Position numbers and translations under genes: made by a program. Below the pieces are notes generated by a model, which searched no databases, was not told where the DNA came from, and saw only the letters and a list, made by a program, of their open reading frames with translations. DNA of 64,000 nt from Marsupella aquatica (taxonomy: Eukaryota > Plantae > Marchantiophyta), in assembly GCA_973895155.1 (NCBI GenBank), contig OZ316896.1, positions 10,902,795 to 10,966,794 on the forward strand, given 5' to 3'. Below are positions 25,673 to 38,372 of the stretch, one piece after another (the first letter of the stretch is position 1; the number at the start of each line of letters is the position of its first letter).

Positions 25673-26812
25673 ATGCTTGGGAGGTGACGTGTGTTCGTGA
25701 CGGGATTTCATGATGGTTTTTCCAGCGTTGAGTGTTGGTGGATTTTCCAGAGTTCCATCGCATGGAACTTGGAGTTTATGGGCTCAACGGATAGATCAGG
25801 GCAAGAGCTTTCTAACGATGTGAAGAAATCATTGAACGGAGCTCGTGGTGCAGAGAGATCTAAGTTTTCGTCGTTCTGGATTTTGTGAAGAAAGTTGGCA
25901 ATCGACTCGGAGGGAGAAGCGTCAAGTGTTTTGACTCAACGGAGAGATTGAGGCAAGACGATTGTTTTTGAGTCCGGGATTGGCTCTTTGATGCAAAGAG
26001 GAAGGCTAAGCAAAATCAATTACCTTGTTGGACTTGGTGACGGCACCAAGTGCAATTGATCAACATTCGTTGTTGACAAGGTACCATTTTTTTCTCTTTG
26101 AAAAACTGATTCGAAATTGGCTATGGCAATTGAGAGAAATCTGTCATCTTTACCAATTTTTTTCTCCCTCGTTCTTTCCTTGTTTTGGGTGCTTCTTATA
26201 TCGATCTTCATCGCCTCGGAGTCTAGTTTCCAAATCTGAAATCGGATCTTGATTTAGTCAAAACCCGAGTGAGATATCTTGCGTTTGGTGTCGAGGGGTA
26301 CATTCTGCCGTGTGTATTTTCTGCGCGCGCGACCAGATTTCGACGACGAAGGGTGGTAGGGGGTTTTGGGGGTTCGAGGACACATGTCAGCCCCTCGATT
26401 GTTCTTCCAAAATTCCCACAGGGCCTGTACAAGGGTCATAGAATATTCCAAAAAACCAGAGAGCTATTTTTTGACCGTCCGACAAAGATTTCATCCGCCG
26501 AACGGTAACTTTTTTGGTTATTTTTCGGCGAGGTCGTAGCCATTGAAGTTGGCAATGCAGCGCACCAATCACATCGCAATTCCGACAACGGGTTGTACTT
26601 GGTATTTCGGTTATTCCCTGAGGTGGTCAAAACGGGGGAGTTTCCCAAGGTTTTACCCACCTCGACCGAAATTTGAATAACTTTTCCGTCAAATTTCGAT
26701 TTTGATTTCGGTTTTCAGTATTGGACTCCTAGCTTTGTGGGCTACGCGGCGGTGTTGAGTTTCGAGTTTTTTGAGAAGTTGTGAAAAACAACATTTTTTG
26801 TGACTTTCTCAT

Positions 26813-27847
26813 ATGAGTGATTCGGAGGAGTTTTTCGAAGACGTGGAACTTGAAGCACGAGGGTCACCGCGGAGGTTTCAGGGGCAGAGAGAGGAGCAGG
26901 AGGAAGAGCACGTGACACCGATACCATCACCGGTGCGGCATGTGGTGGAGGAAGCAGTACTACTACCGGAGCTCACGGTAAAGAAGAAGATGGGGACTTT
27001 CAAGCTTGGGGGACCCAAGTATGAAGTGACAAAGTATGATGGGCGCTCTGACTACTTGCTATGGGAGAAGCAGGTGAAGGGAGTGCTTTATGCGTCAGGG
27101 ATGGGCCAACTGCTGAGCCCTCGTGAAGACGATGTTGATGAGAAACAATGGGACCGCATGCAGGAGCAGGGAGTGTGGTGTGTTACACTCTATCTCATGC
27201 CTCCCATCATCAAGCAGTTGGGTGCACATAAGGATTGCATGTCCTTATTTGCGGAATTGCAGAGCAAGTATCACCGCAAGGAGTTGTCGAACCGGCTCTA
27301 CACTTCCTATAAACTGATGAGTTTCAGGATGAAGGAATCTGGTACGAAGTTGCAAGACCATGTGGATGCTTTCAACGACATGGTCGTTGACTTGGAAAAC
27401 CTTGGGGAGACTTTGAATGATGAGACGAAGGCTCTGCAGCTTCTTAGTTCATTGCCTCCATCTTACCAGTCCCTATCACGAGTGTTGTTGCATCGTGATA
27501 GGGATACCATTTCATACAATGACGTGGTAAGTTCTCTGCTTAGTGATGATCTTCAGCAGAAGATGCAAATCACGTCACAGCCTTCATCATCTGGTGCTGC
27601 CCTCAATGTTAACCGTGGGAGGAGTATGCAGCGACCAACTGGGGACCGTAGAACCCAGTTTAGATCTAAATCCAGATCTAAGTCCAAGGGTAAATCCCCT
27701 CAGAGGAGGCAGGTGACATGTTGGAAGTGCAACCAAGTTGGACACTTCAAGCGAGACTGTAAGGGAAAGGCAGCGGAAACTTCATCGGCAAATGTGGCTA
27801 GGGCTGATGGAGAAGCTGATTTACTCAATGATGAGTATGTTTTATGA
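26813..27847 (+). CDS. gag: Copia Gag (UBN2-like domain, CCHC zinc knuckle)
   Basis: KYDGRSDYLLWEKQVKGVL and CWKCNQVGHFKRDC. Ends at TGA 27845-27847, in frame with pol. Confidence 0.93.
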   Translation: MSDSEEFFEDVELEARGSPRRFQGQREEQEEEHVTPIPSPVRHVVEEAVLLPELTVKKKMGTFKLGGPKYEVTKYDGRSDYLLWEKQVKGVLYASGMGQLLSPREDDVDEKQWDRMQEQGVWCVTLYLMPPIIKQLGAHKDCMSLFAELQSKYHRKELSNRLYTSYKLMSFRMKESGTKLQDHVDAFNDMVVDLENLGETLNDETKALQLLSSLPPSYQSLSRVLLHRDRDTISYNDVVSSLLSDDLQQKMQITSQPSSSGAALNVNRGRSMQRPTGDRRTQFRSKSRSKSKGKSPQRRQVTCWKCNQVGHFKRDCKGKAAETSSANVARADGEADLLNDEYVL

Positions 27848-30800
27848 AGCCGGGGGTATGCCCTATGCACGTCATCTAGGAGAGCAGATGATGTGTGGAT
27901 TCTTGATTGTGCTTGCTATTTTCATATTTGTTACATTCGTGAGTTTTTCAGTTCTTACTCTATTTCAAACGGTTCAGTTCTGATGGGAAATGATCACTCC
28001 TGTCAAATTGAGGGAATTAGGTCTGTGAAGATTCAAATGTTTGATGGCGCTGTGCGCACAGTGTCCGGAGTCAGGTATGTACCTGGCATGCATAAGAATC
28101 TGATTTCACTCGGTGTGTTGGATTCAAATGGTCATCAATGGAGCGTTATTGATGGTGAACTTCAAGTCAGGTCGGGAGAGACAGTGATTTTGAAGGGGAG
28201 TAGACAAAAGAATTTGTATGTGTTACAGGGCAATACTGTATGTGGAGAGGCCAATGTAACCAAGTCTCACGAGGAGATGACTCAACTGTGGCATTCACGG
28301 CTAGGCCACATGAGTGAGAAGGGTTTGGCTATCTTACGGAAGAATGGACTCATTTCTGATTTGCAATCTTGTAAATTAGAGTTTTGTGAGCATTGCATTC
28401 TTGGAAAGCAGCATCGTCGTGCTTTTGGTGTTGGAACTCATCGTTCCAAAGCGGTTCTTGAGTACATACATAGTGACGTGTGGGGTCCATCCCCGACTCC
28501 CTCACACTCTGGAAAGTTGTACTATGTATCATTTATTGATGATTACTCAAGATTTGTGTGGATTTATTTCATGACGCATAAGTCTGATGTCTTGTCCATT
28601 TTTAAGAAGTGGAAGGCCCAGGTGGAGAATCAGACTGGAAACACGATCAAGTGTTTGGATACAAGGGTGAAGAGTCTGAGGTCAGACAACGGCGGGGAGT
28701 ACACTTCAATGGAATTTGAAGAGTACTGTTCAGAACAGGGGATAACTCGCCATCTCACCACAGTTTATACTCCGCAGTAGAATGGTGTCGCTGAGAGGCT
28801 CAATCGGACACTGTTGGAGCGGTCACGGAGTATGTTGAGCCAATCAGGTTTACCACAAGAATTTTGGGCAGAAGCTGTCAATACCGCAGCTTATTTGGTA
28901 AATCTTTCTCCTTCTAGTGCTATCAATTTCAAAACGCCGTTTGAGATGCGCTATAAGCGGCAAGCAGACTATCATGGCTTGGTAATTTTTGGAAGTGATG
29001 CATATGCTCTCACACCAAAGCAGAATAGGACCAAGTTGGATCCTACCTCCAGGAAATGTGTTTTTCTTGGGTACCAGAGTGGTGTGAAAGCCTATAGGCT
29101 ATGGGATCCTATTGCCTGTAAGCTCGTTGTCAGTAGGGATGTTTCCTTCAATGAATCCAGATTATTGAAGGAGGGGGAGAATACTCAGGTCTCCCGTACT
29201 GACAAAGGAAAATCTCCTATCCCGGATCTCGTTGAGGGGGAGATTGGTTATGAGGTGCATGACCGGAGAGAAGGAGTTGCTCCAATTATGGAGCTGGTTC
29301 CTGTGCCAGAGGAACCAGAGGAGTTTGTTGATGCTGGTGAGCAGCAAGTGGATGCTGTTGAGCTTCAAATTGTACCAGCACACGCAGATCAACCGGAGTC
29401 ATCGGCTAGAAGAACATCTGGTCGCACTGTACGCGCTCCATCAAGGTATGGACAGTGGGTTGATTCATCTCAACTGCAAGAGGATGATTTTACAGCTGAT
29501 GATGAGGGTGATGCGTTAATTTTGGAAGAAGGAGAACCTTCTTCATTTCATGAGGCAAGTGCTTCAAAGGAGAAGCAGAAGTGGACTGCAGCAATGCAAA
29601 CGGAGATGCAGTCAGCTAAAGGACAACAAAACTTGGGAGCTTGTTAAGCTGCCTAAGGGTCAGCAAGTGGTGGACAACAAGTGGATTTACAAGCTGAAGG
29701 ATAATTCCATAGGAGGTGGATCGAAGGTCTACAAGGCTAGATTGGTAGCAAAGGGATTCACACAAGAGAAAGGTGTGGATTACAATGAGGTCTTCTCACC
29801 AGTTGCTAAGTACTCTACAATACGACTATTGTGTGTACTTGTTGTAATGTTTGGTCTGCTCCTAGATCAGATGGATGTTGTCACAGCTTTCCTCTATGGC
29901 ACATTGGAAGAGGTGATCTTCATGAGACAACCGCTAGGTTTTGTGAAGAGAGGACAGGAGGAATTGGTTTGCAGATTGCTGAAATCCTTGTATGGGTTGA
30001 AGCAGTCACCAAGACAGTGGAACAAGCGGTTTGACGATTGGATTCGGTCACAAGGTTTTCACAGAAGTGTATTTGACCCTTGTGTGTATTTGAAACCGGT
30101 GAAGAATGTTGTCTTTGGGTTCATTGTTTTAGTACTTTATGTGGATGACATGCTAATTGCAGCCAAGGATAGGTCTGAGATTGTTAAGCTCAAGGCACTG
30201 CTTAGTGCAGAGTTTAAGATGAAGGACTTAGGGCCAGCTAAGAGGATTTTGGGTATGGAGATCACTAGGGACTTGGAGGCTGGCAAGCTATGGTTGACGC
30301 AGAGCAGTTATGCGAGGAAGGTAATTGCAAGGTTCAACATGGAGAATAGCAAGCCAGTAAGTACCCCGTTGGCTCCACACTTCAAGTTATCATCAGTGTT
30401 CTGTCCTACGGATAACACAGAGAAGGGGTTGATGTCAAAGGTTCCATATGACAAGGCAGTGGGGAGTCTCATGTATTTGATGACTTGCACTAGACCTGAT
30501 CTTGCCATGGCTATGGGCAAGGTGAGCAGGTACATGTCAAATCCAGGGAAGGTACACTGGGAAGCAGTGAAGTGGATTATCAGGTACTTGAAGGGTACCG
30601 TGGATCATGGTCTTTTATTTGATGCGAATGCAAAGAATGCTAGATCATTGATTGGCTATGTAGATTCTGACTATGGACAAGATTTGGACCGAAGGAGATC
30701 AACAACAGGATACGTGTTCACACTTGGCGGTGGATGCATAAGTTGGAGGTCTACTTTGCAGAAGTGTATTGCTCAGTCTACTACAGAAGCGGAGTATGTT

Positions 30801-31121
30801 GCAGCTGCGGAAGCAGCAAAGGAAGCGATTTGGTTGGATAGACTTATCACTGAAATGGGATTGCCACAGGGGAATGTGAAGCTCCATTGTGATAGTCAAA
30901 GTGCGCTCCACCTTGCTGTGAACCAGGTGATGGACAGCAGAGTGAAGCACATTGACGTCAGGTACCATTTTATCAGGCAGGCTGTGTCTGATAATTTGTT
31001 TGAGCTAGTCAAGATTGATGGTAAACTCAACCCGGCTGACGCATTTACCAAAGTGATTCCTTTGGAGAGTTTCTCTAGACACCGTGACGTATTGCAGGTT
31101 TTGCAATTGCATCACAAGTAG
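27848..31121 (+). pseudogene. pol: Copia Pol (protease, GAG-pre-integrase, integrase, RT, RNase H) with one nonsense and one frameshift lesion
   Basis: WILDCAC, LWHSRLGH..CEHC, IHSDVWG, RSDNGGEY, PQ*NGVAER (TAG 28778-28780), +1 frameshift near 29614, YKARLVAKG, LYVDDM, DSDYG, TTEAEY, KHIDVRYHF. Confidence 0.95.
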
Positions 31122-31302
31122 AGTTTTCTTAAACATTCATTGTAATTACTGATATATGCTCTTCCTCATTCCTATGTATTAGGCTACGGCTTAGTTCTGG
31201 TTTGCTCTAGTTAGAGAGGGAAACCGGTTTGGTTTCTGTCCAGAACTTCCCGCTGAGGGATCATATACATTGGCAGTATTACTCTCCCCTAGACCAGAGT
31301 CA

Positions 31303-31312
31303 AGGGGAAGAT
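31303..31312 (+). promoter_or_regulatory. Polypurine tract
   Basis: aggggaagat immediately before the 3' LTR. Confidence 0.85.
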
Positions 31313-31787
31313 TGTTGGGTATTTACTCTTACGTCTAGGTTAGGTATGACGTGGTTGGTACAACAACGTGGGTTGGTACAACTACGTGGTTAGGTACAAC
31401 TACGTGATTAGGTACAACTATGTGGTTAGGTACAACTACGTGATTAGGTACAACTATGTGGTTAGGTACAACTACGTGATTAGGTACAACTATGTGGTTA
31501 GGTACAACTATGTGGTTAGGTACAACTAAGTTGCACACTATATCATAAGAGGCATGTGTGCTTGGAGAGGTAGAACCAAGGCTCATTGTTATGGAGCCAC
31601 TTGAGAGATAGGGAGAGCTTACACTGTGGAGACTCGGTATAGTCGACGGGCTTAGAGTTCAGTAAAGCTCTCTTGTGTGTTCCCGTGGACGTAGCCTCAA
31701 GGAGGTGAACCACGTATCTCTTGTGTCGACTATTGTGCGTTGGATGGTTCATGGGCTTGCCGTTGCGATCATCGTCTATGCTCAACA
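31313..31787 (+). repeat. Copia 3' LTR
   Basis: Direct repeat of 25184-25658. Confidence 0.97.
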
Positions 31788-31900
31788 AATTCGATTCTCA
31801 TATTATGCAATTGCAAACAACCACGCGACCGGGCGTGTCACTCCCAAAAGTTCAATTTCAATCAATTTATAAATAATAATTGATAATAAACAATAAATGT

Positions 31901-32806
31901 TTACTTATTGGACTTATCCCGGGCTTCTATAGCACGGTCTTTCTCGGCAGATAAGTATTTCATAAATTCGTCAAACTTTTCTAAATGGTCTTTATTCCCC
32001 TGATTACGAATGATCACGTTTCTCCTCCAAAGATTCGTCTTATCAATATAATCTTTCTCAAGATTTTCTTGAGAGAACGTTGGAATCCCATATCCACTAA
32101 GGAGCTCGCAGAATGTCAACTTGTCAATTGACATGTCGCATAGATATGGATATAGTTTCTTTCTAAAAAATAGGTCATCATCGAGCCCAGAATATGCATC
32201 AGGATACAACGATAAATAGAAGTCATTAAGGCTCGTCTTATATGCAGCGTCATCGATAAGAATGACATTCTCGATGTTGTAATCTTTAATATCGGCAGCA
32301 ATGTCCGAGAGACATTTGACAAATAAAGGGATGTCATTATTATTCTTCCCAATAAGTCGAGTTGATTCTTGTCCCCATATAAATTTAATACATTTCAAAA
32401 CTTTGGGTCGAAGTATCAGCCTTACACAAGATAGAATATTCCGTTTGAACAGGCACGACCAGATCGCAATGTCGTATAGATTTGCCACCTTCTCAAGAAA
32501 TTCCATTAAATCAGGCCTTGGATAGATAACCTTGTGCATCTGTCTCACACCCCTTGACCGAATGGGCATCCCAGGGCTGATCTTCTCTGACCAGATAAGT
32601 ACCCGATTCAGATCAAAAATTACAAGTCTCTTCTAAACCGGTGACTTCTTTGCCGATGGATTAGGCGCCATCTGTACCTGTGATTTTTGTGCCGCAGGGT
32701 TTGGAGAACGTACTAGAACGGTCTGTTTGATTCCCGCCTCCGGACGATCACCGGACTTCAGGATTGGTGCCTTTGATACTCGATCAGGGGGTTTCGGGAT
32801 AGGCTT
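31901..32806 (-). pseudogene. Cargo gene exon: linker plus FCP1/NIF-like HAD domain 1
   Basis: KPIPKPP..SPV*KRLVIFDLNRVL..YPRPDLMEFL..YDIAIWS..KFIWGQ..VILIDDAAYKT. In frame with the Ulp1 exon through the GT-AG intron 32807-32892. TAG at 32633-32635. Confidence 0.85.
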
Positions 32807-32892
32807 CTGTAAAACATTAAGAAATGAAAATAAGTTTATAACACAAACGGTCGCGTGACTACAAAGAGAGACACTGAAATGAAGTGTATTAC

Positions 32893-33681
32893 CTGTACAA
32901 GACGGTCGTTCAGTGCTGGAATTCCGTCGGAAATGTCAATCATAGCAACACGGATCCCGGTAACTAGGTTACTTGCGGACGTCGGCTCGCGGAAGTCCAT
33001 GTCAAATAACGACAAGACTATCTCCTTACGGAATTTCTCAATTTGATCCGCGGAAAAATTAATTCCGTGTCCTTGACACAAGCACTTGGCATATCTCAAG
33101 ATAAACACACCACAACTGTGGCCGTCACTCTGGTGAGGAATATCATTCCGATATATCCGTTCCGAACCTGAGAGATCCAAGTTGACACCAGTTCTCCAGC
33201 CAATTTTGTCGGCGTAGTACTTCCCAACAATATCTAGCACCCCAGGATTCTGTCGATTATGAACTAGAGAATCTAGGTACTCCAGCCGTTTCTCCTTCGG
33301 ATACAAGACTACCAATGACCAATGTTCTTTCACAGCATTGTGTACTGGAAAGACCAGTTTGTCATATTCACTGATTTTTAGCGGAAACTCCTTTGTCCAA
33401 GCTGTCCTCTCCTCGTCGAAAATGGTAGGATCCATGGAGAGAAGCTCAAAATGGTGTGTTTGGAAGAATTTGACAAGGTCCGACTTTCCAACTCTATCGA
33501 GAATCAGTTCGAGAAAACTCAAATAAGCGTTAATTATATCATCGGTGAGCAACTCGCGCGGTCTCAAACACATCATATGTTTCCTCTTGATCGAGTGTTG
33601 TAAGAACTTGGTCAATAGCTCTTCCATATCCTTAGAAGGATCAAGGCATTGATCTATTCGACTAGTCAAATTTTCAAAAAA
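32893..33681 (-). CDS. Cargo gene exon: Ulp1/peptidase C48 SUMO protease domain
   Basis: LLTDDIINAYL, FPVHNAVKEHWSLVV, YLDSL, HQSDGHSCGVF. The H-D-C triad and oxyanion Q are intact. Confidence 0.92.
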
Positions 33682-33833
33682 CTGCAAAAAACAGAGATTT
33701 CAGTACGCCTTCAAATAACATACTGAGGTTGTAGCCTAAGGGTTGTAGCCTCAGAAAACAGAAACAATAACAGATCAATAATAAAATAATGACGTCTATA
33801 ATAGAAACTTTAAGCTTATAGCTTGCGAATGAC

Positions 33834-35638
33834 CTTTGGATTGGGTGGATCCGGCCTTTTCGCAGCTGATCTCTTGGGTGCCTCAATCGCAACAACATCC
33901 TTCAGCCCTCCTCGAGACCGTAGTGATCGCTCCACCGAACCAGTTTGCGAAGGTTGGAGCGATGAGGCGGGAAGACCTTCAAATGGTTGTGGCATTTGAT
34001 TCAAATATTCCACAATCTGGGAATCCGATTCCAAAATATCCGGTGCCACAATTTCTGCGCGAGTCACCTCTGCAATATATCGGGGTCGAGACCACGAACC
34101 CGGTCGCGTCAAGTCAGTTGTTAGTCTCTTAACGACTTGAGCCGAGTCTGGTGCCAAAAACGTTCCCAGGTCTTGCACTCGATTCTCGGAAAAGCGCACA
34201 TTATTGATGATTGTCTCCATTCTGGATGCAGTGGCAGTCTTCTCCTCGGTAATCAAAAGACCCTTCCAATATTGCAAAGCAAGGACTGCCTGGACTCGGA
34301 GCTGCTCCGGTGAATATTTATTCCAATCATCCAACGAGACCGTACTTAAGGGTGGATCGTTAAATTCAAACTCCGGGCGAAGAAAATAGTCTAATATTTT
34401 CTTCTTAACTGCAACTGAGGGTGAAGAAGGCTTCTTCAAATTCAGCCTTATTTTCGGTAGACGTTGTGCCTCAGGAATAAGCAAAAGATCCTTGGCCCTC
34501 TCGGCCTCCTTCCTCGCTGCCTCCAGTCTTGCGGCTTTTTCTCTCTCCAGTCTTGCGGAATCGACCTTTTCGCCTCCAACTTCTCCGCCTCCACCCTCTC
34601 CGGTCTTGCGGTCTCGTCCGCCATCCTCTCGGCCAACAGCCTCTCAGCCGCCACACTCTCCGCCTTGGCCCTATTTTCCTCTATCACTAAAAGGACTCTC
34701 GCAGCCTCCGCGTTCTCGGCCTCCGCTTTCTCCGCCTGGGCTTTCTCAGCCTGGGCTTTCTCAGCCTGGGCTTTCTCAGCCTCCGCTTTCTCGGCCTGGG
34801 CTTTCTCAGCCTCCGCTTTCTCCACTTGGGCTTTCTCAGCCTGGGCTTTCTCAACCTAGGCTTTCTCGGCATCCGCTTTCTCCGCCTGGGCTTTCTCGGC
34901 ATCCGCTTTCTCCGCCTGGGCTTTCTCAGCCTGGGCTTTCTCAACCTAGGCTTTCTCAGCCTGGGCTTTCTCATCCTGGGCTTTCTCAGCCTGGGCATTC
35001 TCAGCCTCGGCTTTCTCCTTCTTCTTCGCGGCAGTTGCTTTTCTAGCTGTTGCCTATTTCTTCTTAACCTCCTTCTTTTGAAGCTCCTCTTGCCGGGCCG
35101 CCTCCTGCCGGGCCGCCTCCTTCTTTTGAAGCTCCTCTTTCCGGGCCGCCTCCTGTCGGGCCTCCTCCAGCCTGGCCTCCTCCAGCCGGGCCGCCTCCTG
35201 CCTGGCCTCCTCCTGCCGGGCCGCATCCTGCCGGGCCTCCTCCTGCCGGGCCGCCTCCTGCCGGGCCGCCTCCTCTCTGGCCTCCTCCTGCCGGGCCGCC
35301 TCCTCTCTGGCCTCCTCCTGCCGGGCCGCCTCCTCTCGGTCCACCTCATGTCGAGGCTCTTGTGTGGCCTCTTCATCAGAGTCCTCAGCATCCTCGGAAC
35401 CCTCCATCTCCTCGTCCTCTTCATCAGCATTCTCAGTGTCCTTCATCTCCTCTCCGTCACTCTCTTCATCTCCTCTATTGTCGGAATCTCCAACGTTGTT
35501 CTGCATATCGGTCATCCACTCTGGATCTTGGTCATTGACATCCCCATCCGCGTCACCTTCCGCGTCATCTTCCCCCTCACCATCCGCATCACCATTTCTC
35601 CTTGCATCCTCAACATTGAAGCCGCAGTCGACTTGATC
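33834..35638 (-). pseudogene. Cargo gene exon: acidic tract, EEAARQ and EKAQA/EKAEA repeats, basic segment
   Basis: ORFs 35054-35668, 34448-34825 and 33816-34484 join through TAG stops and one 1-nt deletion (~34571). Acceptor ttattcag at ~35639. Further upstream exons not resolved. Confidence 0.7.
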
Positions 35639-38372
35639 TGAATAAAATCTACTGGTTGTATTTGTCAATTAAAGGATTCAGTGTAATGAGATTCACATAA
35701 CATGAGAGTTTATATGATTAAATTCACAGCGTGCAAGTTTGTAATGACTTACTTAAGACGATTCAGGTTGTATTTTAATTAGTGAGTTTGTATGATTCAC
35801 ACATATTTGAGTTTACAAACAAACCGCGTTATGAAAACTGTGCTTAACAATCAACAGAAATTTTAGCAAACCACAATCAACACCAGCAGACAATGTAGAA
35901 ATTACACCTGAATTCTGAAAAATTGATGTAATCGTCTGAGAGATTGACGTCCAAGCACTTGAAGACCTTGCTGCGGCATTCCAGAAAGTAAATATAAGAT
36001 TGAAGATATTAATATGCTAAGCAACAACAACACAGCTTCTATACTTCTATACATAGAGCTTCGCTGCCACCAATTGAATAACATGTGCTTAATGCTAAGG
36101 AGCTCATTATGTCGAGTTAAAAAGACTCTTTCAGAAGTACAATCAAAGCTGTGGATAGGCAAACTGAGCATGAATAAAAGCGCACTAAACTTGAAGATTC
36201 AAAGAGGTGAAACAAACCTGAATGCTGAATGGAAGGAGCTAAAACAAGCTGCCAAAAAGTAGTTCAAGCTGTTGAAACACGTTGATCTAGCTGATATGAG
36301 CTTAAAATTGGCTGACACGAGCTGATACAAGCACTCCCAAAAAGCTAGCTGCAACGAACTAGCAAACTAGAAGTGAATATGAGCTTTAAATGCGAGCTGC
36401 AATGCGCCAACGAGCTCCTGGTCGAAATGATGGACAACTACTAAGAGCTGCAACGCGCCGACAAGCACCTGACCACAACGAACGAGCTGCAATGACAAAA
36501 ATAAAATCTAGGGCAGGAGCGAGAGCGACAAGAGCAGGCGCGCGAAAGTCTAGGGAGCGAGAAACAACAACAATGAACAATGAACTCAAGACCGTGGGCA
36601 CCGACACTAAGGAAGGACTAATTAGGGTATTGTTTTAGCATAACCCTAATAACAGCCTAGCGACAGGAAGGTTCCAGATGATCTCCGTACACTCCACCAT
36701 CGACTGAACAAACTATGCAATCGTGAAAAAAAGATTATCGGATTTTTTGATTTGCCGTACTAAAGAAGATTTCTATTTGATCGCCAATTTGAAATTTAAA
36801 CCGGTAATTATGCAACTGCGAAAGATTGTTAGTGGGGACCCCTGGATCCGGATCCGTATCTTCACTATATCTGCCAATTCAAATCCAAAATATGAACGAA
36901 CGACAACTTTCTCACGATCGTTCCATCATGTAGTGGAGGCGAACTTCAAAATCATTCTATTTTGGTAGTGGAGACCGTCGGATCCGGATCCGTACTCCAC
37001 TCTCTATCTTGCCAATTCAAACCCTTACTCTAAACAACGTAAAACGATTCTCACGGTCGGGGAGAACCGATATTCAAAATCAATCCTGTACAATGATTCT
37101 CACGACTGGAGACTCAACCAATTTTCAAAATCAAAATCGAGTCCAGATGAACACATCCTCCATGGAGTCAATAGACTGATCTCATTGCTCACGGATCATT
37201 CTTCATTTTCAGTTTCTCCTAACCAGGATACTAGCTGGGCTCTCAATGGAGGCTGATCCAAGGCACATTTGAGGTGGAGCAGATTGGATCATTCGACTAT
37301 TCCAGTCGGAGGCGAAGCTCATTCAAGCAACGCTGGCGTAGTTCTTGTTGTATCACCTTCAATCTTGGGGAGAGCACATCCGATCAAGCGGGAGAGTTGC
37401 TGGGACGAGGAGGAGGCTACGCTGGAAGGAAGAGGCTTGGCTGGGAGGAGGGTTTCCGCCAACATCGGAGGGTTGCCGCCAACAATGCTGAGACCACACG
37501 CAACTGAATAACTTGTAAGTATCAATCAACATTAATTCCGCAATAAATGAGGAGAGTAGTTGCCTTAAATCACGCATTCAATGCATGAATTGAGTCAATG
37601 AAGTTATGGTCCAATTTCTCACTCCGATTTTGATCAATCCGTGTTTCAAGTCCAATACAGAAGCAATGTATCAGAAGTACTAGTAGAGGATCCGAATGAA
37701 TTCTCTAGTCTAAGATTGTATGGCGTACGCGTATAGTTGTCCTTACGTTTTGCTATTGTTTATTGTAGTCGACGGCCTAGCAAAACGAAACGTAATCGAG
37801 GTCTATTTTTCAGATCTTCCTGATCTCAACTTGTTAGTAGGATGACCTATTTTTTGGTTACACATGTAGTTCGTCACACGCACAGTTGCGTGAACCAATT
37901 TATCTCATATTTTTTGATATTGTTATTGTAGTCGACAGCCTAGCGAATTGGCCAGCAATCTATTTTAAAACCAACGTCTTCATTTCATCACGCGCACGGT
38001 CGCATTAATGTTTTAGAGGTCAACGAAAGCTCTGCACTCTTAGACGTAATCGCCCTTTATTTCTCAGATCTTCCTGATCTCAACTTGTTAGTAGGATGAC
38101 CTATTTTTTGGTTACACATGTAGTTCGTCATGCGCACAGTCGCGTGAACCAATTTATCTCGTGTCTTGATATTGTTTATTGTAGTCGACAGCCTAGCAAA
38201 TTGGCCAGCAATCTATTTTAAAACCAACGTCTTCGTTTCATCACGCGCAAGGTCGCGTTAATGTTTTAGAGGTCAGCGAAAGCTCTGCATTCTTAGATGT
38301 AATCGCCCTTTATTTCTCAGATCTTCCTGATCTCAACTTGTTAGTAGGATGACCTATTTTTTGGTTACACAT

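Larger units (their letters stand above)
25184..31787 (+). mobile_element. Full-length Ty1/Copia LTR retrotransposon (6604 bp) in an intron of the cargo gene
   Basis: 475-bp LTRs TG..CA; TSD aattc (25179-25183, 31788-31792); PBS; PPT; gag-PR-IN-RT-RH order. Confidence 0.98.

Noticed and set aside
23339-33687. Independent host Ulp1 and CTD-phosphatase genes
   Set aside because: All lie between the TIRs, share the element-specific intronic palindrome, and Ulp1 splices in frame into FCP1 domain 1.
34464-35641. Overlapping ORFs with RRRPG, LLPGR, AFSAW and PGLSQ repeats
   Set aside because: Alternative frames and antisense of the 15-bp coding repeats in the cargo gene.
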